Positions 54,328-64,000 of a stretch of DNA of 64,000 bases are shown here, one piece after another; the stretch's first letter is position 1; every line of letters begins with the position of its first letter. Below the pieces are notes generated by a model. It did not search any database and was not told the origin of the DNA. It worked only from the letters and a program-made list of their open reading frames with translations. The stretch comes from Saccostrea cucullata. Lineage: Eukaryota. The stretch spans positions 62,001 to 126,000 of the forward strand of contig NW_026927183.1 in NCBI RefSeq assembly GCF_032062105.1, written 5' to 3'. The position numbers were made by a program, and so were the translations under genes.

Positions 54328-57300
54328 TTACTTGATGATAGCTAAAAGCATGCGTTTGTAATCTCCGGAACATTCATCAGCGACATCCTCCGCCAGAGGT
54401 TTCTCATAGAGTTTCTGATACTCCTCCTTAATTTCCTCAAGGTCATCCTGAAATACAGAAAGTGTGCATATTTCAAGTACTGCTTTTAAAACATGTCAAC
54501 TATACTGATTTTATTTATAGGGAGGTACGTCCACCTCACCACTATTATAGTTGACTTCAGATCACGTGACTTGCCTCGCTCCTGGTGACGATGATTCGGA
54601 TGAGGTCATCATCGCTGGTTCCTAGCCCTGCCATGGCGTCATGTAATCTCCTTGCAAAAAATCTGGGTTTGTACTTAGCTACTTCAACTGCAAATGAAAG
54701 AGAAAAGTGCATTCCACGGGCACTTGATCTGTTCACAGGGCTACCCTCCTATCTCTTATCGGAAAGGAGGGTATGTCATGAAAGCAAACACGAAACAAAA
54801 GCCTGTGAGAAATTCAATAACCAAATCTCCATTTTACACACATTATATCAAACAATGAAAGATTTCAGCCTTCTCATTGAACTAAATAAAACCTTTTTGA
54901 AAATCGTTGTTTACCTATGGCAAGAAATCCATCTTTCAGTGTCCCACTTGTTTCACTGGCAATATCATCTTCCAGAGGGTTGCCCTTTAATTCCTCGTAT
55001 TTATAAAATATGGCTCTAAGTTGATCATAACTCTTTATACATAAAATAGCGTTAATTTCGGCTTCCTCAGTACCAAGACATCCGGCTCCTGCCTGAAAAT
55101 TCATATTTCAATTATTTAGTGAGTCACAGCAAGGATATACTACTTGTCACAAAAATGATCGTTAAGACGCTTACGCATTTTCAATTTTTTTAATGGTGAT
55201 ATACCTCGTATAATTTCTGAGCTGACTCCTCGGCTTCCGCCATATCCCAGCCCTCGCTAGGTTCTCTCCCATTAGCACACAGCGCCACCATTAGGCGGCC
55301 AAAGTAACCACTGGTGTCGCTTTGGAGGTCCTCTTCTAACGTGGTCTCAAACTCTAATCAAAAAGATAAGGTCATGTGATCCAAGAAAAAACTGAGAGTG
55401 TTCGAATAGTGATTCCTTTTTTACAATAGGATATCAGGCTACATGTCCTAATTGATGCAAAAATATTAAAAACCATAGACCTAAAACGAATTCGTTTTAG
55501 GTCTATGGAAAAACTCAGAAATCGTAGAACAAATACGGAATTTTATACTACATTAATATGTACCCTTTTCGTATATTTCTTTGATTTCTGCCAACTCTTC
55601 GTTTGTTCTGGACGTCATGATTTCTACTAGGACGGTTTCATCTGTACCGGCTCCCTAAAGAGGAAATTACAACTATATCAATACACATCAAAGGTAAAAA
55701 CGGGTAAAATATTTTAACTTAACGATTATTACTAGTATTTAAAACATAGTACACACATGTTTATAAATTTACATACTGGTAAAGGCGTGCTGAAATAATA
55801 CTTGAGATGCCACTGGTTTATCTGATTATTGTATGGGTGATATAGCTAGCATGTAAGGTGATAATTTAGCCTGTGAGTAATAACGCTAGCATGTAAAGTA
55901 ATATAATTACGCTTACGGGCTATAGTCTGTAAGGTGAAAGAGCTTGTTTGTAAGGTGATTAAGGTTACAACTTTAGCCTGTAAGTTGGTAATGCAATCCC
56001 GTAAGGTGATAATCCTACTTGGAGTGGGCCTAATGCATTTTTATCCGGACAGGACCGTAAAAATTTTAACATATTTCACTTTGTGAAGGTCTTTTAACGT
56101 CGGTACATTGAAGTATGAATCTCCTTTCTTCCCCTGACCAGGGAGTGTTAAATGTACCCACCGTAATTGCTTTGTTCAGTTCACGAGCGTCAGTCTCCCT
56201 GGGTGAGGCGAGCATCATGACACAGACGTCCTCAAAGTTACCACCCAGTTCATCCTTAAGGTCTTCAATCAAGTCCTTACATTTACAAAAGAAATTGATT
56301 GCAATTAATATTAGGATGTAGCTGGACTCAAAAACACTGCTTTACGATGAACTGTAACTTTTGATTTTCAAGAAAAAGTTATAGTAAAATGTTTAGCTTT
56401 GTGCCAAATTCATTCTTTATTAGCAAAGTTACATCGTATCTCAAGACCTTTTCATAAGCTGAAATGTTGCCATAATGTCTTCGCGCATTTCAATACAAAT
56501 ACCTTTCCATATGCAGTTTTGAATGCCGTGGCGATTTCTTTCCTCTGTTCGCATGAATGATTCACTAGTATTGAAATAATAGCCTCTTCACTCGTACCTG
56601 TGGTTAAAAGCAAAAGAGCATATTAAATATAAGGATGTTTACGTGTAATTTTTATATTGTGCAAAGCAGAGCTGGAGGGTCATATTTCACCAATATTTTT
56701 TTTGCACGAAAAAATGCATCTTTTCAGATGTTTTGGCGTCTGAAAAGAATGAAAGACGAAGTATGTATGAGGTACACTGGCCCGTGGGCTACAGATAAGT
56801 AAAATGTAACTATACAGATAGTAGTAAAGGAATGTTGCCGGAGGGGCACCTTGCATGTTTCATGGTCAGACTCACCGAAACCTGTCATGGCCTCTCGCAT
56901 CCCCGCGGCCGCTGCCTCGGCATCAAACTCCTCTGCTGGATAAATTGTTCCCTAAAATGACAATTTGATGGGAAATGAGTGTCAATAAACATGTACCTCT
57001 CAATTATTATCTATACATGTATTTCTGTCATGACTTAGTCAGAAACTGAAACTTGATTTATATCAATATCAATGCATTTCACAATGAAACTGGTCGTAAA
57101 CCTATATGATACATGTACATTTTCTTGTTCGTGAAGTGGGGGGGGGGGGTGCTTAGGAAATTGGAGAGGTCTGAATCTTTCTTTGGTTTCCAAGTCAAAA
57201 CTACTACTCAAAGTACAGATTTCAGACTATGGAAGTTAAACATCAGAGTACTGGTTAGGATGCAATACATATATCGCTTCTCATTGAGTTATATTATACA

Positions 57301-58200
57301 TTTATCAAATGAAAATCTATCGTTTTTTCTTTTTGATAAAATGAAATGATTTAGAAAGGACAGTATGTACCACTCTGCATGTACTAAACATTTTTAAAAT
57401 TATTAAACATCAAATTTTAATTAATATCTATGGACAGAAATGCATGCACGTGTGTCAAGCTGTATACTCTAATTCCACAGGAGAAGAGGATTTTTGTGTG
57501 ATTCACTGCCTAAATCACCGTGACTGTGTTTTCGTCTTGTTGTGTCAGAGTATAACATGTTTGACATACCACTGAAAGTTATGCCTAATGTTTTTAGTAT
57601 GTTAAAAGGTAAAAGATTATGCTACTGGAGCGTTAAATCAACCTAATTTGATATTTTATCTTTCCAGTCTATATATCATCATGAATTTAATACATATTTA
57701 GTATGCCCACGCAAACCCCCACCTAATGTAACCAAACCCTCGTTTGGTATTAATGAATTGACATATTTGAATCAAATTTGAAAGTGATGCTGATAATATT
57801 GATGTAATAAAGCATCGTAACATAAAAGAAAAAAAAACTAAAAAAAAAAAAACAAAAAAAAGGATAATTACAAGCTTTAATACAGTAGATCTATATGATT
57901 AAAATCCAGAGAAAATGCAACTTTAAATTGTACATGTATGTAATTCAATAAATGCTTGCTTTCCAAGTTTTTCTGAACAGTACACTCAAAGAAATCAGTC
58001 ATGTGTAGGGATTTACTTATGGATTAAACAAACAGATACACATACCAACAAAACACCAGCCAAGGGCGGTGACAAATGTAAACAAACTTTATATATATCT
58101 GGTCATGAATATTTGTCCACAGCCCATGAAAATGATATTTTAACAAAGTAAAATAATTTTAAAATCAATACATAAATAAATAAATAATATCTACCGTCAT
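54328..58200 (-). CDS. Annexin (4 repeats, very short N-terminal head), 313 aa, 9 coding exons
   Basis: Exons 58195-58200, 56876-56951, 56503-56597, 56162-56275, 55564-55654, 55205-55353, 54915-55092, 54575-54687, 54328-54447 sum to 942 nt in frame. GxGT loops [32 protein letters not shown] each have a downstream acidic cap (DELGG, SDTSG, SETSG, DECSG). The 6-nt first exon is the least certain. Confidence 0.92.
55838..56020 (+). repeat. Degenerate ~20-bp minisatellite in annexin intron
   Basis: Recurring (tagc.)tgtaaggtgata. Confidence 0.6.
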
Positions 58201-58959
58201 GATATATATATTTCCGCTGCCTTTCCTTGTTGGATTCCTTTGCCGGTTTTAACAAGTGATGGAATGACCCTCCCTTCTATTGCCAGTCAGAAATATCTGA
58301 GTTGACAGGTAAAAAGTCACGTGATAATAAGTGAATCATAAAAGAAATTCATTGATGCTCCACGTGTAGGCCGTGCGTACATTTATTATTAATGATCTCT
58401 CCTCTAACATGTCTAAGGGGGAGGTGGTCAAATATTTTCATACTAATGTTAGCATTCTTTATCATCGATCCAGCAGGTTACCTGTATGTAAAATGATGTA
58501 AATAGTGGCCAGGTACAAGAACAGCGTGGGAGGAATATTTAAACTTATTCCAACATTTTTGACATATAAACGGTTTGAAAGAATTTTAAACACTTGCACT
58601 ACTCGCGAAGCAAAGAAAAGAGGTAAAGACGACCGCCCCCCCACCCCCTTCCATCGGAGTGATAGTATAGTTATGTAGCAATAATGAAGCAACATTTTCA
58701 ACCAAAATTTGCACAAAATGCAACAGAGAAAAGTATATATCGCGACTGTTTATCTTATTCATTGAAATATATGAGACTATAGAAAATGTCTCGGGAGCCC
58801 AAACCCCCTTCCTTTGGAATTTAAGAATAATGAACTTTCTTTGTACAAAATTACGATAAAAAAATGACATAGGACTCCACTAATCTATCTTAAATTGGAC
58901 AGGAAAATCATGTATATATGAATAAAATTATGTGATGAAAATAAACTAATTTGGCCCTT

Positions 58960-59648
58960 TGGCCATAATCCTGTTCTTCACCATACAGATTTCCTCCTTG
59001 TAATATCTGTTGTGACCCGACCCTTCCCCGTGGGTCATGAAATAAACAATTTAAAATCAACACTACCTCAGGATGCTCTCACATACCGGTATGTTTTAGC
59101 TTTTCTGGACCAGTGTTTCCCGATATGTTTTTAAAGATCTTTTCCTATATCTTTCAATATAAAACTTGGATTCCCCATCCTAATAATTTAGAATCTGCAC
59201 TACCCCAAGATGCTTCCACATAAGCTTAAGCTTTTCTGACCCAGTTGTTCTTGAGAAGATTTTACCTATATATATATTTCAATGTAAAACATGGATTCCC
59301 CATTTTGACCTCACCCTACCCCCGGATGTCATGATTTGTATAATTTAGAATATACACTACCCCAGGGTGCTTCCTTAAAAGTTTCAAATTTTCTGGCCAA
59401 GTGGTTCTTAAATATTTTTTTTAAAATGAACCTATCCCATTTTTGTCTTTTCTTGATTATCTCCCCTTGAAAAGAGGCTTGGCCTGCATTTTAATGATAT
59501 GAAATCCCCTTCACCGAGGAATGCTTTATACCAGTTTTGGTTAAAATTGGTCCAGTGGTTTTATACAAGAAGTTGAAAATGTGAAAATTTTACAGACAGA
59601 TGGACGGACGGACAACGGGTGAACAGAAAAGCTCAGATGAGCTAAAAA
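58960..59648 (+). mobile_element. HINE-like element
   Basis: Degenerate core repeats (tttagaatctgcactaccc), (GGAC)n, terminal aaagctcagatgagctaaaaa. Confidence 0.6.
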
Positions 59649-59854
59649 TATGAAAACTGCAGCTTAGGCGCAAACCACTGTCCAATTGTACGATCCTCTC
59701 CCATTCTGGGTAGGGGGAGCTATTTTCGGACTCCGAACCGTGGATTGAAACGATGCTTGAGTTATCGTCTAATATGATTCAACGAACATTTTTTGCAATT
59801 AACCTTTCGTCCGCGTGGCGCAAGGGTTTGAGCGACTGCAGATAGGCTTGTGTA

Positions 59855-60160
59855 GAGAAAATGGCCAAATCAGTTAGAATAGTACACTCCGAGAAAAAAA
59901 AACAAGTATGGAGTTGATCCTTACGTCGCGGGTTCGAATCCCACTGTGGGACGTGGAGACCATGCAGTCCTCGGATGAGACCGTATAAACCGAGTCCCGT
60001 GTCGCAGTAGATGCTAGCACGAAAAAGATCCCTCACTGCTCAATGCCTTTGATTACCGAGTAATGGACAAAATTTGCAGTTTTCCACCTGCAAGTGGTGG
60101 CGTCTCCATATGAGTGAAAAATTCTCGAGAGAGACGATCAACAACATACAATCAATCAAC
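59855..60160 (+). mobile_element. tRNA-derived SINE (mollusc Meta/MESC-like core)
   Basis: Degenerate A box tggccaaatcagtta, B box GGTTCGAATCC (59931-59941), central gatccctcactgctcaa, (CAAT)n tail. Confidence 0.75.
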
Positions 60161-61394
60161 CTGCATTAATAAATCTATGCATACCCTGATGGAATTCATT
60201 TGCATTTGACAGGTGAACATGATAGATGGATAGATATTGAAAAGATTTTTTCTCAGGTCCGTAATACATGGGGGGGGGGGGGTAAGGGGGAGGTTAAATA
60301 GTCTCTTTTAGTGTAGTTTTAAAATGTTCATTGCTCCTTCCCAAACTTTCTTGACGTACGTTGAACACAGCCACATTTTACATGTAGCATTAAAAATATA
60401 TAAAAAATTGAGTTAGAGATGGATACAACACAAAAACCACCTCCAATTTGAGCCAAATTCTTGGCACCGTAATGCAGCGATAGAAACCATGGACAGCACT
60501 AGTGACATAGAGCATCGTTTTGGAGAGGGACACCCAGAGAAAAAAAAAAAGACACATTATCCAAACCCAAATATCTTACTTCCAGGTAGGGGGTGTCCTG
60601 TCTTAACTTTATTTTTTCCATACACTACTCCATTACCATTAATTGACTTAACTGAGATAAAAAAGGGGGAGGCTGGTCTTCTAAGGGTCTAAGGCTAGAT
60701 TAAAGCATGCATTTTTCTTCTTCATGGGTACAAATGATTTTTTTTTTTGAAAACTTGTCTCTAAGACTTTAAAGAATCTTGAATCGCACTGAGATGCATA
60801 AAATGAAAATTGTTGCATGAGAAGATTTCAATTTTAAGCTTTTATTTTATTTTATTTTTTTTTCTTTTTTAGACTTTTTAAGTTATCCTAAAATCATATG
60901 ATTATCAGGCTGAATAATATAAATGTAGTGATCATCCACATCAAAATATACCTATTTTTATAATTTTATTATAAAATAAACAAAAAAATATCATTGATAC
61001 CCAAGTTGTTTTGGCATATACTAGTATATCCATTACTATTCAGTTATGATTTATATAAATAACAAAGATCTAGACACATGAGACAGTAGACTTATAAATA
61101 TTAGACAATTAATTCATAACTCTTTAAAAATTAATTCAAGATGATCAAAAACAAGCACATTGACACAAAAAACCCTTAAACAATGTCTCTAAAAGAACAA
61201 ACACGGTGGGAAATAAAAGAAAATGATGCTTCCATAGTGAACTTTCTCAATAAACGAGAAAAGTAATAGACACAACCTCTAAGTTCATTTCACAAAATTA
61301 ATGCTGAATATAAAATTTCATAGTCAAAATGACAATTTTAAAATGCTAGCTTTGCAAAAATACCCATTAATAAAACATCTACCATTGAGGTATT

Positions 61395-63324
61395 TTAAGC
61401 TAAGTAGAGGTATTTTGTGGTTTTAACCTGACTAGTGCATATAGGGCACATTTGTTTTCTCTTAAGTCTGGCTGTGACATCATTAAAACATGCCCTACAA
61501 GAAACAGCATGGCCACATGGTAAGAACAATACAGAGATTTCATTCTGCAAACAAATCTTGCACAAGGATCGTGTCTTTAAAAGTTCGAGTTGTGACAATT
61601 TTAATTTCAGATCTACATTTTCCTGCTGTTTCTTCTCCAATTCTTTTCTCAAGTTTCCAATGCATTCTTGGGTATTTTCATACTTTTTTCGTAGTTTAGT
61701 ATATATTTTCTTCATTTTGGCTTAAATAGAAAAAATATATCATTTTATATATGGATATCCGATTCAAGGTTTAATTCCAATAACCCCCATCCAAATATAA
61801 ACACTGATTTGTACCTGTTTGGATACTCTTCTCATAAAGCAGACAAAATTCAGTCACGGTTGGAGGAAAACCTGAAAATACAGTAATGTTTTTTCTGTTT
61901 TCTAAGAAATTTGAAAATTTACTAAAACCCGAAAAACACTATTGCTATGATGTTGTAATATAATTTTTCAGTTCCTTTTATATGACAATGTTATACATTA
62001 CCATTTTCCCTCCTGAACTCCTGGTAGACCCAGAGAAATTCTTCTTCCTTCATGTCTCCATGGTGGAATGAGACAATCTCCCAGAGCTCCGTCTCTGTAT
62101 AATCCACAGGGATGTTGTGACCAAGATACCGCTCCATATTACTGCCAGGTCTCTCCATCAGATCCTTTATATGATCCAGGGCCTTCATAATAATTTTTGA
62201 TTTATGAGCCAGAGCACCTGAGTGAAAAGAGATGGGACCCAAAAATAAAAAGACTGCTCAAAAAATACATTTAACATTTTATGGACTATTTGACTGTTAA
62301 AGAACTTACTGAACTTGTGTAAATACACCAAGGCAGTTGTTATGTTGACCCAGCTAACCTCTGGGTAATTTTGTCTGACAGCCTGTATGTGTGGTTGGTC
62401 CTTCATAGCGGCCAGATCTATAGTCTCCTGACAATTCATATGCCTTTTATAGTCAGTATAATGTGTTTCTTTAGAGGTATTCTGATTTCGTTGATTCCTG
62501 TGTATATTTTGCAAGGGGGTATTGATAGTAGGAGATAAAATTTCTACTGCAAAAGAGAACCCAAAAATAAAGAAGAGAATACAAAATATACATGTAATAA
62601 TGTATAAAAGTATTTCATCTAAAATATCTTTAAATAAAATTTTTAAGAACGAAATATGATTTTTGATAGAAATATAATCAAATTCAAATATATTTGTACA
62701 CAATTTTGTGCAAAAAAAAAATTGATTGAAGCTCAGTTTGCTGGTTCTCAAATTCACCTTGCATTAAAAAGAATAGATATTGCAATTAGGCATACAATTT
62801 TATAATGGGATGGAAAAGTTTTGCATTTAATACCTGATTTATTTCGTCTTTTATATCTGTGATGTCGAGACCTTCTGTTTTTTGGGGGTGGGTTAGGGAG
62901 GTAGGAGGACACTGTTGGTGCTGAGTTCCATGTCACATCTTCTGGCTGTTTGATTCTGTGATCAGGGCGACACCTAGTGGCTGGGACTCCAATCTTGTCA
63001 GTCTGTGTCCATAGTACAAAAACCGCTACCACAGACAGACAAGAGGTGGTGCAGACCAAGAACTCAATCCTGTAAGTCAGGAGTACCTCCCAGAAGTTTT
63101 CCTGTAAAAAACACATACAACAGTGTGGATAGTCCTATCACTTAACCTTATCTAGCATCATAAAAATAATACATGTATATACTTAATGAATATTTAAATG
63201 GCTAAATATAACAATGGAAGGGGCAGTTCTAGTAGCTCACCATGAACAAATCTGACCATTTCATGTCTTTATATATCATCTCTGTGGAAGTCACCCCTGA
63301 GGATACACATGTATTGTTATACAT
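61395..63324 (-). CDS. Membrane-anchored, coiled-coil, IAP-type C3HC4 RING protein (putative E3 ligase, no BIR), ~395 aa, 6 coding exons
   Basis: Exons 63241-63324, 62834-63101, 62310-62546, 62002-62217, 61815-61871, 61395-61720 sum to 1188 nt in frame; C-terminal CKICLQNEISVLFLPCGHAVSCRAC...CPIC...YLA; possible upstream exon ending 63810. Confidence 0.8.
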
Positions 63325-63585
63325 GGCCTCAACTGTCTGAAAAAAAGATTTGATAATTAAATAGAAGACAAATAAAACGCTAAGTTATACCGCTATTACT
63401 TTATATTAGTTCTTAGAGGGGTCAGCCCCTCTTTTGCGTTCAACATAAGATTTTAATCTATTTAATTGGTGTGGATATGGGCCCCTACCACGACCCCAAA
63501 AGGTCGGGTACCCTTTTCAAGATTTCTGGATCCGCCACTGAACTACTAGTATATGGCGAGAGTCTGCATTGGATTACTCATAATC

Positions 63586-63586
<1 letters not shown>

Positions 63587-63650
<64 letters not shown>
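63587..63650. repeat. Poly-C homopolymer (64 nt)
   Basis: Seen directly; length may be an assembly artefact. Confidence 0.8.
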
Positions 63651-64000
63651 ACCTTCTTCACACATAAAACTCCTAACTCTTACATTTCATTTTTAATTTC
63701 ATCAAGAAATTACATTATCAAGTTTTTCTGTATTATACTAAAACCAAAATTGCTGAAAAAATTATCAATGCAACGACAGAGATCTAACAAGCATACGTGT
63801 CAATCTTACCGGATTTCCGAAATGCAAAGCGAAAGTGCACGCGCCAAATTTAATTAACATATTGCGCGCATCATTAATTTCAGGTAATACGCACATCGTT
63901 GTCATTCAATTATGTACATTTATTACACACTTAGTAATAAATACAGGTTTTTTGCATATGCGATATGGCTGACGTCACAATAGCCGTATCAGCCCTGGAG

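Noticed and set aside
59855-59945. tRNA gene
   Set aside because: B box present but no cloverleaf; continues into a SINE body and (CAAT)n tail.
63471-63857. Poly-proline ORF
   Set aside because: Translation of a 64-nt poly-C run in an intron/promoter region.

Overview
Eukaryotic, AT-rich, intron- and transposon-rich DNA that looks like an oyster/bivalve genome (inference from the repeat families and gene style). Five protein-coding genes were reconstructed by hand from splice sites and frame continuity. (1) The 5' half of a Slo1/BK Ca2+-activated K+ channel (slowpoke/KCNMA1-like, minus strand, 11 coding exons 36522->1498, 527 codons, S0 through RCK1; it continues beyond base 1). (2) MRM2/FTSJ2 rRNA methyltransferase (minus, 2 exons), head-to-head with (3) intronless ZNF830 (plus). 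(4) A 313-aa short-headed annexin (minus, 9 exons, one GC-AG intron). (5) A ~395-aa transmembrane, coiled-coil, IAP-type RING protein with no BIR domain (minus). Introns carry many MITEs, pearl/HINE-like elements with ~147-bp internal repeats, a decayed LINE and a tRNA-derived SINE. The most striking observation: the three clear non-transposon tandem arrays I found inside the channel gene (27-bp x15, ~69-bp x10, 134-bp x3) are each an amplification of an exon 3' end plus its own 5' splice site, producing arrays of extra GT donors. A fourth donor-bearing block (185 bp, putative 5'UTR exon) is duplicated upstream. The channel also shows an apparent compensated double frameshift in the S2-S3 loop, pharmacologically meaningful pore substitutions (G311S- and Y294G-equivalents) and a candidate 30-nt cassette exon.
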